Assembly (NCBI RefSeq): GCF_006345805.1
Contig: NC_042997.1
Coordinates: forward strand, 173,724,001 to 173,788,000
Reading direction: 5' to 3'
From: Octopus sinensis
Lineage: Eukaryota
DNA length: 64,000 bases
How positions within the stretch are numbered: the first letter of the stretch is position 1; each line of letters begins with the position of its first letter. The notes under the pieces are model-generated. The model had not been told where the DNA came from. It was given only the letters and a program-made list of their open reading frames with translations, and made no database searches. The position numbers were made by a program, and so were the translations under genes. Shown here in pieces: positions 24,274 through 38,567 of the stretch.

Positions 24274-25126
24274 ATTTCTTTATTAACCATGAGGTTGAGA
24301 AAAAGAGGGGACGATACGAGGACAGACAAAACAAACATTGGGGTTAGGTAATCGAATGAGACGAAACATGAATAAACAAACAATTTAAATATACACAATT
24401 AAATGAGGATGAGTGATTTACAAAAAATGAAGCGGAGGACGCGGTCGACCCCACAAACCATATACTCACACTGAAGACTTTGCTTTCTCTTTTTTTATAT
24501 TCTCGTTTAGACAAGTTGTTTCACTCGCAACATACTTGCTATAGACTTTCATCTTTTACGAAACACACTTCGCGACAGGCATTTCTTCTCCAGCCTTATT
24601 TTTCGTTTCATGTGGAAGATGAAAAGGTCGATTAGCTCGAGACTGGAGATGAACATGCCTGTTGAAATTCCTTTCACACTCGTCTTCCATACTACCTCTT
24701 TCGCAACAGCAACTGCGGAGAGACAACAGGCTCATTCCTCCCTATTCAGGGAGATCGGCGGAACGATCTTAATTACAGATTCGCTCGACAGTTGTAATCT
24801 TCTCGAATTCGACAGCAGGTGTTCGACATAAGTCCAGAGTTCAGACACCTTGGGGCATTGCACAATCGCGTGCAGGACAGTTTCACTGTCCTGCTCGCAT
24901 CTTGCACAAACCGGCGAAGGCGCACACTCATGTCTAAAGAGCTTATCTCGAACCGGTAAAGCTCCTCTGTAACTTTGCCAGGCCAGGGACTTTTGGTAAT
25001 TATCCATGGCCCCGGCCCGAATGTTCTTTGGAATAGGTTGGCCAGATTATCTTCGTCGAAGCCTGGGGTTTCACCTAGGACGTCGTCACACTTGAACTCT
25101 ACTAACCCTCTATAGAAGAACGAGGT
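24274..25126 (-). mobile_element. Tx1/L1-clade LINE, 5'-truncated 3' end (zf-RVT-type C-terminus of ORF2 plus 3' UTR)
   Basis: SLAWQSYRGALPVRDKLFRHECAPSPVCARCEQDSETVLHAIVQCPKVSELW (C-x2-C...H...CP...W), followed by AKEVVWKTR. 3' end AATAAAGAAAT. Confidence 0.8.
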
Positions 25127-25966
25127 AGAATGCGTCGCCGGGAATCGAACTCACGAAATTATGATTGAGAGCCGAATACCTCTAACTACTAAGCCATACG
25201 TCTTCGATAAACGACTACGTCAATACAAATAACATTAACAGACACGGCAACAGCAACAGCAATAACAAACACAAACAAATGCATTCCCTCACTAATGCCT
25301 GTTTTTTTTCTTTCTTGTTGAATCCACCAAATGTTGGTGGGTAATGGAGGACATTTTTTTTTATCTGATTTTTGTATTTATTCGATTGCGACTGCCTTTT
25401 CATTTTCATTTTCATTTTTCTTCGTCAGACAGACAGGTCTCCCCTGCTTCAGTTTTAAAAGCCAGGACCTGGTACTGAGATATTCCAATCGGCTCACTTG
25501 AGCACCTTCGACGCCTTGCGTATTTCTAGACTACGTGACTAGGTTTCGATTAAGTGATATCGCTGTCTTGAATTCCATTTTGGTACGATGCGAAAAGTTC
25601 AGTTAGTCTACTATTACTTTCCTGATACGAAAATTCTTTACCCTTCCGTCGTCCGAACTTGGAAACTTAATCTCTCCCTTCTTTCTTCTTCCCCTTCTCT
25701 ACCTTTTGTTGGTCTCTTTGTTGTTGTCATTGCTGCTGTTGTTGTTGTTATTGTTGTTGTAGTTGGTGGTGGTGGTAGTGGTAATAGTAGTAGACGAGTG
25801 GGTCTGCAGTTGCTATTGTAATTAAGTTTATGGTGTGATCGTGAGTGTGTTTGTGGAAGTATGTATTTCTGATTGTGTGATTATATATCGTGCATTGATA
25901 TACATTTGCACATATGTATATACGTATACATATGCATACATGTGTGTGTGTGTTTTTGAATGAGTG

Positions 25967-25998
<32 letters not shown>

Positions 25999-26031
25999 CA
26001 ACACACACACACACCACACACACACACACAC

Positions 26032-26073
<42 letters not shown>

Positions 26074-26088
26074 CATATATATATATGC

Positions 26089-26154
<66 letters not shown>

Positions 26155-26191
26155 CATATATATGTGTATATATGTATATATATATATGTAT

Positions 26192-26224
<33 letters not shown>

Positions 26225-26814
26225 CAGATAGATATAGATATATAAAAGTATATGTGTATATGAGCGTGTGAATTTGTACAATCATATCATATGTGTGTGT
26301 ATGGTATACGTGCGTGTGTTTATGAAAATCAGATACGTTCGTTGATACATACATACATACATACATACATACATGCATACATACATACATACATACATAC
26401 ATACGCGCATACATGCGAACAAAGAAACACACACACGCATGCACGCACACATATTTTCAGTTGGTTGTCTCTGCTTTGATTGAGATTTACTCTGACATAA
26501 ACTGACGTCTACATATCACACACACACACACACAACACACACACAGACACACACACACAGACACACACACACAGACACACACACACAGACACAAACACAC
26601 ACATACACACACATGTAAAGAAACAGCTATACATTCTTCTGTTACTATGAAAAAATAACTAGATATTTTATCTCGTTTTGTTTCACCTACGCAGTTTTAC
26701 GTTGGCAGAACTTTACTTCTATTGGTGATCGTAATATTTGTGTTTGTTCTTAAGTAAAATATTAGTGAAAAATGGATACATTTCTACTATGTCTTTCAAG
26801 CCGAACTCTTCAGA

Positions 26815-27031
26815 ATATCCGCCCTCCGGGTTTAAGTCACGCTGCGCGGAACCTTGGGCAGTGTCTTCGGCTATAATCTTGGGCCAATCAAAACTTTGTG
26901 AGAGAATTTGTTAGACGGGAACTGTGTAGAGCCAACTATATAACTATGTGTGTGTGTGTTGTGTTATGTAGTGTGTGTGGATACACTATCATATATATAT
27001 ATATATGTGTATATCTGTGTGTGTGAATACA

Positions 27032-27071
<40 letters not shown>

Positions 27072-27280
27072 CAGGTATGTGGTTTTTGCTTTTTGTTATC
27101 TCGGATACCTCACTTGGCAACTGATGTTAACTTAGCGTTTCGGTAAAAGGACCATAGAATAAGTAACAGACCTTAGAATAAGTGTCGGAGCTCATCTCTT
27201 CTACTAAATACCACAAGGCAGTGCCCACAGCATGACTGCAGTCCAATGACTGAAATAAATAAAAGATGAAGATAAAAGAT
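26815..27280 (+). mobile_element. SINE family B, old copy
   Basis: CCTTGGGCAGTGTCTT segment and family B 3' half. Confidence 0.6.
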
Positions 27281-29843
27281 ATTCAATCAGATCCATCCCT
27301 ATGTGATCTGTCGGCTATGCCTGCTACAACACTGACGCTAAGCTATATCGACCCTAAAGTGGCGGCTTTTTCCTTGGACAGCATAGGTGGCGTGGTTAAG
27401 AGAAGTCCTCATCCTTAGGCAACAACCAACCTTCTACAAAAACATCTTTCACAGGCCTATGTCCGCAAATGCAGATAAATGGTCAACCTTGACCGATGGA
27501 AAGCTTTCTCCAGTGAGGTAGTGTGATCTTAGGAGTAAGGGAGTAGTTATAGTTTAAGGGGAAATCACTAACAACGACTGCATCACAAAATACGCTAATT
27601 TGGTTGTGGAGGATCAGGACACGGTAAATGGAACAGTATGGAGCACCCCAAACCCTTTGTTAGACCAAACCCTTCCTTACTGATAAGATCAACGCGGTTG
27701 ATGGTGATTAGAAAATTCTGAAGGATGAGGTTGGGGCTTGTCGTCGTTGTCGTAACTTGTTTCGGCTCTGGTCAAGTAAACATATGGTCAAAAGTATCTT
27801 AGTTATGATAATTGTGTCATTTATTGAAGTCTCTTCCTCAACATCATCCGTTTCGGTTTCCACTGTAAAGGAATGTCTAAACGATGCTGGTTATTTTTTT
27901 TTTTATTCTCTGTAAAGTAATCACTAAGTACTATTCATTTTTGCCAGGTGAGTGGAGTGGAGCAACGTGAAATTAAATGCCTTGCTCAATGACAGAATGC
28001 GTCGTCGGGAATCGAACTCACGAAATTATGATTGAGAGCCGAATACCTCTAACTACTAAGCCATACATCTTCGATAAACGACTACGTCAATACAACAAAT
28101 AACATTAACAGACACGGCAACAACAACGGCAATAACAAACACAAACAAATGCATTCCCTCAAAAGGGCAACCTCGGCGGCATTTAAACCCACTGATTTTC
28201 ACCTCCCTGACATCTAACACTGTATGTCTTTAAATTCTTTTTAAATTAGGAAATATATGTTTTTATTGGCAAAAATTCTTTCAACACAATAAGACTATCT
28301 ACCTTGATATGATACAATGGTATATTCCATTTCTCAAAATCGTGTCAATTCAAAACTAACATTTTTGAACGTAAAATACTATCAGCTGAGATTAGCTGCT
28401 CATAATTTAGTTATTCATTCATTCAATCCAACGAGCTTGTAAGACCGCTAGGAAAAATACTTTACGGTATTTGTTCTGACACCTGAGGTTCTGAGTTCAA
28501 ATTTTAGCAGTGCCAATAAGGTAACCACTAGGCGATCGCTTGATCCATTAAAATAAACAACCATATCGTATTCAAATTTAACATATCCGTCTAAACAAAG
28601 TAAGATAGTTCGGTAATGTTGTCTTCAAAATTTGCACTTAATTTGCAATAGCGAATGGTAGAAGAGAACACGAAGTGGATGCATTGCATGGAATATAGTG
28701 TGGTGGGACAGTTTCTTAAAGATATTTTGCATAAAGTTAACAAATTGTTAATAGAATTCGTTAAATGGCGTTATTAAATCAACTGAAATATGTTTTAACT
28801 TGTACGAGGACAAGAGTCCTTAGAACGAAGCCTTAACTGACACTTTCAGAATGATTTGGTTAATTCAGTTGATTTTTCAAATTTAATGTTTTTTACGTTG
28901 TTAACTATAGAAGGGAAAGTGTAAGCAAAAGATTTGATGGGAGCTGGTGGTGAATATTTTGATATTGCAATTCTGGCCTGTTACAGAACAGATATCCGAG
29001 TGTGAAATACTGTAGGAATAACTAACAGAGGTAACACGGATGCATAAATGGAGGCTACGAAAGTGGAGGATGGCGATTCACATAACGTTTGTTTATAGAT
29101 GCAATAACCATCGTAACGTTGTAAAAGAGATAGATTAGGGATATAATAGATTCTAGAGTTAGTGATTTCAGTCTGTTGATGAGATTAGATTTTAGTATTC
29201 AACTTTAGATCAATGAATTTAAAGCACCAATCAATGGGTGATTAGGAAAGGACCAACAAAGAACCCATAAATAAAACAGAATAAAATAAAATAACTTAGA
29301 AATTGAATTAATTCTTCGGAACACAGGTGCAAGTAAAGAAAATTGACATTTGAAAAAGAACTTAGAGTTAATCCTGAAAAGTAAGTCTAAGAGACAAATT
29401 AATCAAATGTAAAGTTAAGTCAGCAAACGTTTATATTGTGAATAAATCTTGATCCATTGTTAGTTATCAATCAGGCGATTATAGATGATTGATTAAAGCA
29501 ACAGTAGATATAATTCCCTTTATAGTTAATCTGCAGAGAAGTTCAACAGTCAGTGGCCCTGGTTTCAGAGATTTCAAATGGGTTAATTTTTGATGGAAGT
29601 CAATAAAGGTGATGAAAACTTTGGCGTTAAGAAGCGACTAGAGATCACTTACAGAGTTAATCTGCTATTTCTTGACGTAGATGACACCTTGTCAAAACAG
29701 TAAATGGCCGACTATCTATGTACTTGTATGTACAAATGTATGTTGCGTCCATATGACCACGCACATGCATTATCGAATAACATATAAACATTATTCGTTA
29801 TATGCTGTTCATGCACACACACAACCAAATTTTATGTATATAT

Positions 29844-29898
<55 letters not shown>

Positions 29899-29949
29899 TA
29901 TATATACACATATATATACATACATACACACAACACACATATGTATGTA

Positions 29950-29994
<45 letters not shown>

Positions 29995-30682
29995 TATATA
30001 TAATATGTATGTATATATATATATATTATATATATATATATATATATGTTTGTGTGTGTGTGTAGATAGATAGATAGATAAATAGATAGATAGATGTGAG
30101 TATGTTTGTGTGTATGTATACGTGTTATGCAGATGGTAAGGCCAATAAATATATTTCTCTTATCAGATATGTGTTTTGTAGTTTTTGTTGTTACTGTTGT
30201 TGTTGTTGTTGTTAAGCAACAAGACAGGTAAGGATGATTAGGTGATGGTCTAGGGCTTAGGGATGGGAGATCCCAGACCTTGGAAAAAAAAACTTTTGTC
30301 GTCTTGTTGTAGTCGAGGGCTCTTCGTTGACGCCCGGCACCACTGGGAGGTGGCCCTCAAAGTTGCTGGAAATGGAGATCTCCAGGTCCAAATTCTTGAA
30401 CGGCTGTTGTTGCTGTTGTTGTGGTTGGTAGTGGTTGTGGTGGTGGTGGTGGTGTGTAGTGGTAGTAGTAGTAGTGGTGGTAATGTTGTTTTGCTAAACA
30501 GCAACATTTATTGAGTTCATTGAGTAAACGTCCCGACCCAAGCAGTTTTATTTAACGTGTTCACTAATTCTAATTAGTAGAGATTAATTTCAATAAAACT
30601 TGACCGATAGTAAATTTGAGTTGGACCACTTTGCAGAGAGAGCCCTTTCTCTTTGCATTCATGTTTTTGTCTGTGTATATAT

Positions 30683-30741
<59 letters not shown>

Positions 30742-31413
30742 TGATGTTGTTTTTGTTGTTGGTGCTGTTGTTGTTAACACAGGCAAACAACATATAAGTG
30801 CTCCTCAATATGAGATTGTGGTGAAGTGTCTTAATGTTGGCTATCGTCTGATTAGAAAATGATAATAACATTATCTATAGACACGCACGTGCATACATAC
30901 ATACACACATAAAGACACACACACATACAAACATACAGCCGTATACATACATATACGTACACGCTCATATACGTACACACAGAGACATACACAACCGTAT
31001 ATACTTATATACGTACACACTCGTATACATACACACACACATACACATATACAATCATATATAAAAATATATGTAGACACTCATATACATACACACCCAT
31101 AACATAAATCATATATACACATATATGTACACATACATAGATACATGCATATACTTACCTGCTTACATACACACACGGACACACATGCCATTAATCTGTG
31201 CCCCAGACATATTCATAAATGGTCCTTTGCAATGCCTTTTCCCTCTTTATCCGAATTATCAAAATCTACCATTAAAAAAATCACCACTTTGCATGTAAAC
31301 AAAAGCCAAAAAGTAACAAAACAATTCGTGTAATGTGTGTGTGTGTGTACGTACATACATATATGTGCGTGTGTGTTTATATAAGTATGACGTGCGTGTG
31401 TATTTCCACTTAG

Positions 31414-31452
<39 letters not shown>

Positions 31453-32023
31453 TGTATGTATGTATGTATGTCTATGCATGTATATATATATATGCGTGTG
31501 CGTGCGTGTGTATGTTTGTATATATATATATGTGTGTGTGAGTATATATACGTGTATATGCAGGTATAGATGTACATATATATATATACATATGTGTGTA
31601 TATGTGTATATATATATATACACTAACACATATATATATATATACATATGTAATATATATATATATATATACATACACACATATATATATATATATATAT
31701 AATATATATATATATAAATACACACACATACACATACAGATACATATACAATGTACATAGACACATATAATCACACACACATAATCTCTACATGAGAGAT
31801 AATGTGTAAGTGTGTGTGCCTGTGTGTGTGTGTGTATTGTGTCCGTCGCGCTGCCAAATCTTGTAAACATGTAACATGTTCTGTCAGGAATAAACAAACG
31901 AATAACAAAGCGAAAGAACGAAAAGTGCAGGTGGAGAAGGAAGAGGTGATGGTGGGAAGGAATAGAGAAAAAAACCCCCCAAAAAACCTAAAAAAAACCT
32001 AAAAAAAAACCCCAAAAAATAAA

Positions 32024-32071
<48 letters not shown>

Positions 32072-32289
32072 CTTTAACCAAATCTCTTAACAATAATAAC
32101 AACCGGGCAAAACAGTGATGTGTTAGGCAACGAAGCAAGAGAGAGAACTTCAAAAAACCAAATGAAAAACGGCGCGAACAAGACGTGAAGCTGTTTAAAG
32201 GACTTCTAATGAAAACGCGCACATACACAAACACGCATACTCAAATTCACACGTTCGCACTAATACGCACATATAAGCTGATGTACATA

Positions 32290-32322
32290 TACGTATACAT
32301 ACATCATACATACATACATACA

Positions 32323-32356
<34 letters not shown>

Positions 32357-32374
32357 CACACACACACACATACA

Positions 32375-32408
<34 letters not shown>

Positions 32409-32442
32409 CATACAAACATACATACATACATAATACATACAT

Positions 32443-32473
<31 letters not shown>

Positions 32474-32730
32474 TACATACATACATACATACATACATAC
32501 ATGCATGCATACATACATACATACATACATACATACATGCATACATACATACATACATACATACATACATGCATACATACATTCATACATAAATACATAC
32601 ATACATACGTACATACATACATACACACATACATACATACATACATACATACATACATACATACATACGTGCATACATACATACATACATACATACGTGC
32701 ATACATACATACATATATACACATATATGA
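32290..32730. repeat. (TACA)n microsatellite
   Basis: Seen directly. Confidence 0.95.
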
Positions 32731-33017
32731 AATGATAGGAAATGCACACGTATACGTACATTCACACGCTCGGGCAGGCACAAGTACTCACACGTACAGA
32801 AACGAAAATATAACCACCCGAATACACACGGGCGTGCGGAGGCACACACACACAGACACACACACACACACACACACACACATGCGTCTGTGTGGAAGTA
32901 TTTGTATATATATGTGTATGAGAGTGTACATGTAGGTGTGTATGCATACTTAGAAATATATAAATATATACATTTATATATGATTGTGTATGTGTATGTG
33001 TGTGTGTGTGTATGTGT

Positions 33018-33059
<42 letters not shown>

Positions 33060-33866
33060 TGTGTGTCTATAGACACTTTAAGTTTATAAGTTTGCCACCT
33101 TACTTAACTGACTTCAAACCTTGGATTCAGTGAACATGACAATTTGTTGATTTTTAATCCGGTTGAAGGATGTCGTGTGGACATGTCGTTGGCTTATCTC
33201 TTAATCTCTTTTTACGTCTGATTATTTTATTATTATTATTATTATTATTATTATCATTATTATTATTATTTCTTTTTCATTTTTCATTTATTTATTTTAC
33301 GTTTTTTTTTTATTATTTACTGTTTTTCTTTATCGTTTTTATTTCTTTTTCGTCTTTGGTGTTGTATAATACGAGCAATGGGCTTGCAAATCTCTCTCAA
33401 CGCACTACAACCTCTTCCAACGCGCAGACCACAACCACCACAACCACCACCACCACCACCACCACCAACATCAGTATCATAATCCCCGCCGCCAAACAAT
33501 CTGGATCTTACCTTTTTCAACCGACCAAACGTTGGACTTCGTAACCTTTCGATTCGTCGCGAAGCTTGCTTGCCATTATATGGACTCCATCGCCACTAGA
33601 ACCACCACCACCACCACCACCACCACCACCACTACCACCACCACCAACAACAACAACAACAACAACAATAGTAAACAGAAAACCGAGGGCCCCTCGACGT
33701 GGTTACTTGATTTGGAAGAAAACCACCACTTCTTTCACAGTGGATAACATCATTCAGATTTTCTTGATCATAGAAGAAATGGCGGAATGGTCATAGTCGG
33801 AATATCTTTGATCATATCCGTCTCAACCCCGGTATCGCCACCAATAATACCACCATCGGTAGATCT

Positions 33867-34145
33867 TACTCTCTTTACTCCTTACTCTTTTGTTTCTGAC
33901 ATTTGACTGCGGCCATGCATCAGTTGTCAAGCGATATTGGTGGTGGGGGCGGGAACAAACACAGACACATATATATATATATATACACATACATATATAC
34001 GACAGACTTCTTTCACTTTCCGTCTACCAAAACCACTCACAAGGCTTTGGTCGACTCGAGGCTATAGTAGAAGACGCTTGCCCGAGGTGTCACACGGTGG
34101 GACTGAATGCGGAACCATGTGGTTGGTAAACAAGCTACTTACCAC
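33867..34145 (-). mobile_element. SINE family B with an internal deletion
   Basis: Family B segments with the central 3' part missing. Confidence 0.7.
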
Positions 34146-34255
34146 TACTATTTTTATAAAAGGGCACATGTTTATACAGCCTCTAATATAAAGAATAATA
34201 CGGGATGATTATGCTGAGAAATACTTTGATTAAATATCTCTCATCAAATAATATC

Positions 34256-34866
34256 CTTTCTACTAAAGGTACAAGGCCTGAGATTTCCGAGGAAGGGTCT
34301 AAGCAATGACATTGACCTCATTGTTTCACTGATATGTGATTGATCGATCCAGAAAGGATGAAAGGTAAAGTCGACCTCGGCGGAATTTGAACTCAGAACG
34401 TAGCAGCAGACGAAATACCTATTTCTTTATTACCCACAAGGGGCTAAACACAGAAGGGACAAACAAGGACAGACAAACGGATTAAGTCGATTATATCGAC
34501 CCCAGTGCGTAACTGGTACTTAATTTATCGACCCCGAAAGGATGAAATGCAAGGTCGACCTCGGCGGAATTTGAACTCAGAACGTAACGGCAGACGAAAT
34601 ACGGCTACGCATTTCCCCGCCGGGCTAACGTATCTGCCAGTTCGCCGCCTCTCTCATCAAATAATATCATTCCCACAAGTAAGGCGACGAGATGGCAGAA
34701 CCGTTAGCGGTATTTCGTCCGTCTTTATGTTCTGAGTTCAAATTCCACCGATGTAGACTTTATCTTTCAGGGTCGATAATATAAGTATCAGTTGAGCACT
34801 GGGGTCAACGTATTCCACTGCCTGCTCCACCGAAATTGCTGGCCTTGTGCCAAAACTTGAAACCAA
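34256..34866. mobile_element. SINE family A composite (34256-34649, minus) plus an adjacent plus-strand copy (34682-34866)
   Basis: Composite bracketed by the 19-bp direct repeat TCTCTCATCAAATAATATC (34237-34255 and 34650-34668). Confidence 0.8.
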
Positions 34867-34924
34867 TATCATTCTCACAAGTACTTCCACCGTCGATTCG
34901 TTTCCCATCAAGGCAACGAAGAAA

Positions 34925-35137
34925 TTTCGAAGGGAGAGTGCTGAAAAGTTCCTGTCGCGAAAGGTTTGATAGGAAGCCCAATCTCCGGAGTTCTTTTACA
35001 GGGCTTAGAAAAACTGAAGGACTGCTGCAATAGGTCTGCGAATCTGATTGGGGAATTTGCTGAATAAAATCATAATCAGCTGTTCCTTCTGTACCTTATT
35101 TTATACAAAGCCAGGAAGTTTTCAGCATCCCTTCGTA
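34925..35137 (+). mobile_element. Mariner-derived MITE
   Basis: TIRs TTCGAAGGGAGAGTGCTGAAAAGTTCCTG and CCAGGAAGTTTTCAGCATCCCTTCGTA. Internal remnant of the transposase C-terminus. Confidence 0.65.
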
Positions 35138-35636
35138 CATGGCTGGTCGATCTTTTAGAAATAGCAGCCACATCACCCTCAATTCTCACGCTACCGTCTT
35201 CAAGAAAACAAACCAAGAAAATAAAAAATAAAACGAGATAATAATAAATGAATGTTGGACCATGCGGCCACGGAAGGTGAGGCGGTCATGACTGAGATGC
35301 TGTAAGAAGTTTGTTCAAACATGGCTACATGGGGTCAAAAGCATTGGGCAACTACGACAACGACGTCAGCACCACCACCACTACTCAACATCTACCACTA
35401 CTACTACTCACCAATTCCTCAATACGTTCGAGCCGGTCATCTAGCTTTCCGATTCACAGTAGACCGTCACTGTCGTCGTCAATGTTACTGCTGTTATCGG
35501 TTTTGGTGGTGCTGGTGTGTTGTGTCTTCTTTCAATCAGGACTCTCGCCATTAACCACAAAGAACAATCTCTAATTCGAGCTTACTCTAAGCTACTAAGA
35601 ATAACGTGTGGCAACTTGAAGATCCACCCACTCGTT

Positions 35637-35739
35637 GAGCTTAGGTATTTTTGCTCAATAATGCCCGGCCTGGTAATCGAAACTGCGTTCTTAAGACCGC
35701 GACTCCGCTGCCCTAACCACTGGGTCATTGCGACTCCAC
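35637..35739 (-). mobile_element. SINE family D, head fragment
   Basis: Reverse complement matches the head of the copy at 54911. Confidence 0.7.
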
Positions 35740-35997
35740 TGTGTTGGTGTTTAGTTCTGATATCTTATAGTTGTTTCTTCCTTATCCATATTTTGTTTTG
35801 TTTTGATTTTTCTATATTGATTTTTTTTTCCGAGAAATTTAGTGTAACCAACTAAATTAAACAAAACACAAAGTTGAATGTGTATCCCAACTTTAACCGG
35901 CTTTTTATATTTTTCGCCCTCCTCACGCACACATTATCACCAACACTATAATCACCATCGTTATCAACATGAACATCGTCATAGTCGTCGCCCTCAA

Positions 35998-36040
<43 letters not shown>

Positions 36041-36408
36041 GGTATTTACCTTTACCGCTATTATCCCGAGATCCTTTTCGACCCGTCCCAACCATATTCT
36101 ACCTTTTTATCTTGAAAAGAGACTCTTGCTGGCTAAAGCTTAGAAATAAAAATAACGTGAAAAACAACAACAACAACAACAATAACGACAACGACAACGA
36201 CAACAACAACAACAACAAATCACAACAAATCACAACAAACATAACAGCGACAACAACAATGTTGTTCGCGGCTTAAATGTCGGCATATATTCAGATATGT
36301 GAAGTGGCTTGTCTACCCTCAGCAAGTTACAAATCCATTCATAATCGTTTGTTTTTTGTGTGTGCGTACGTGTGTGTATGTGTGCGTGTTCGTGTGTGTA
36401 TGTGTGCA

Positions 36409-36477
<69 letters not shown>

Positions 36478-36904
36478 TAGGGAGAGAGTAAAACAGAGAG
36501 CGTACATTCAAACACGCAAACATTTTTCGCCAACCAATTTCATTAAAATTTTAACCAGCCTTATTCTATGAGACATAGCCTAAGATGTTATGCAATGGGA
36601 CCGAACCTATGAACACTTGGTTGTTAAACGAAAATTTACGAAATCAGCCTTGCCAATATGATATGCATATATAAGGTATAGATGTGGTTGTGTGGTAAGA
36701 AGCTTGCTTCCCGCGCATGCGTTGTTGTCAGTGTTGTTCGTACCACTGAAAAAAGTAGCCACGATGATGTACAGCTAGTGAAATATTGATTAAAAAAGCT
36801 CAACTGTAAGGTAAGACTTTTGTTTTTTAGGTTCAGTGGGGGTTGTTGTTTACTGTAATTATTTTTGTACAAACAAGAAGTCCTCACTGGATTCTGAACT
36901 CTGG

Positions 36905-38010
36905 TCTGCCTGCAGTTGGGCAAAATGGGTTCACGTTAAGTGAATAGTTTTTCTCACTTAATTGTGAGAATTGTTTTGGGGGCGTATCTTGACTCCAAAA
37001 ATTTGTTCACTTTAAGTGAATAGTTTTTCTTTTTCAAATAATTGTGAGAATTCTCCGAAGATAGAACAACCGCTTTACCAATTTTTGGGAAAGCTGTGTT
37101 CCAGTTGTGGCGTTCCAGGTTCGAATTGGATAACCAAATAGGCCTGGATTATCTAGTGGCCAGAAGAATTTTTGCATGTTGTGTTTTTTGAACTATAGAC
37201 TGTTTTCTTTCTTTCTATCTGTTTTTTTTGTGACTTTCTTTTTTCTTGAGCTATTTTCTTTTTTCTTCCTTCCTTTTTGCTGTGATTTTATTTTGATTTC
37301 TTTCTTTTTCTTCCTTCTTTTTGTTTTTAATTTTTATCTTGAACTGTTTTTGAACTTTTTTATTACAAAAAAAACATGGCAAAGAAAAAGGACAATATTT
37401 CGGAGTGGGAAATTGTCCCACCCAAAACAGTGGATGAAAGACTTTGAAGAGAGGACGTCGGTGTTGACTTATTCCAAGTCGCTCGACACCATCGCCCTAT
37501 TTCAAAAGACTGTTATTGAAAGGGAGTTAGAAGGATATCTGCAAACTATTAAATTTATCTCCAGGGGGTCAAATATGCAACGGAGTGGTTGCTATTTGAC
37601 ACCCATGAGGAGGCTCGCAAATTTGCGAGCCAGCCCTTGGAGGGCAAAGAGATTTTGTTTTTTCCCACGTATTGTGGGAAGAAGTTGACAAGTAATTGGG
37701 TCTATGGGTTGCCACCCGGGATAGAACCCGAGTGGATAGAGGAGACTATCCGCTAGGGTCAGGGTGGCAGTGGAGCCAAGCTTCTCAATGTGAACATTTT
37801 GCCTGCGGCTGCATGGGTTGGGTCAAAAGCTGTTTTGACCCTGTGGACCCAATCAGCCAAGAACCTGGTTTTTCCAGATTTTTTTGAAATGGCCGGGTGC
37901 AGGTACCCGGTGATTCTTGAGGGTCGCCCTCCAAGTGTTATCAATGCCTGGAGCCTGGTCATATAAAGAAAAACTGCCCCCAGGAACAGAGTAAGATCCT
38001 GGTGCAGTCT
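36905..38010 (+). mobile_element. Tx1/L1-clade LINE 5' part: 5' UTR with two repeats of about 45 bp (76 bp apart) and a decayed ORF1 (ATG at 37376)
   Basis: After frameshift correction: MAKKKDNISEWEIVPP...YPVILEGRP-PKCYQCLEPGHIKKNCP. CCHC zinc knuckle at 37936-37977, preceded by GRP, typical of Tx1/L1 ORF1. Confidence 0.7.
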
Positions 38011-38166
38011 AGCAAATCCACTCACAAGGCTTTGGTCGGCTCGAAGCTATAGTTGAAAACACTTGCTCAAGGTGCCACGCAGTGGGACTGAACCCGGAAC
38101 CATGTAGTTGATAAGCAAGCTACTTACCACCACCAAAAAAACAAAAAAACTTATGTGATCTCGTCC

Positions 38167-38567
38167 CATTTCTTCATTGCCCACAAGGGGCTAAATATAG
38201 AGGGGGCAAACGAGGACAGACAAAGGGATTAAGTCGATTACATCGACCCCAGTGCGTAACTGGTACTTAATTGACCCAGAAAGGATGAAAGGCAAAGTCG
38301 ACCTCAGCACAATTTGAACTCAGAACGCAACGGTAGACGAAATACCTATTTCTATAACTACCCACAAGGGGCTAAACACAGAGTGGACAAACAAGGATAG
38401 ACAAACAGATTAAGTCGATTACATCGACCCCAGTGCGTAACTGGTACTTATTTAATCGACCCCGAAAGGATGAAAAGCAAAGTCGAATTTGAACTCAGAA
38501 CGTAACGGCAGACGAAATACCGCTAAGCATTTCGCCCGGCTTGCTAACGATTCTGCCAGCTTGCCGC
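38167..38567 (-). mobile_element. Two nested young SINE family A copies
   Basis: The second tail joins the first copy at GACGAAATACC|TATTTC (38346/38347). Confidence 0.8.

Noticed and set aside
27300-27750. Possible retroposon 5' UTR with an HDV-like ribozyme
   Set aside because: Could not build the nested double pseudoknot by eye; no supporting ORF.
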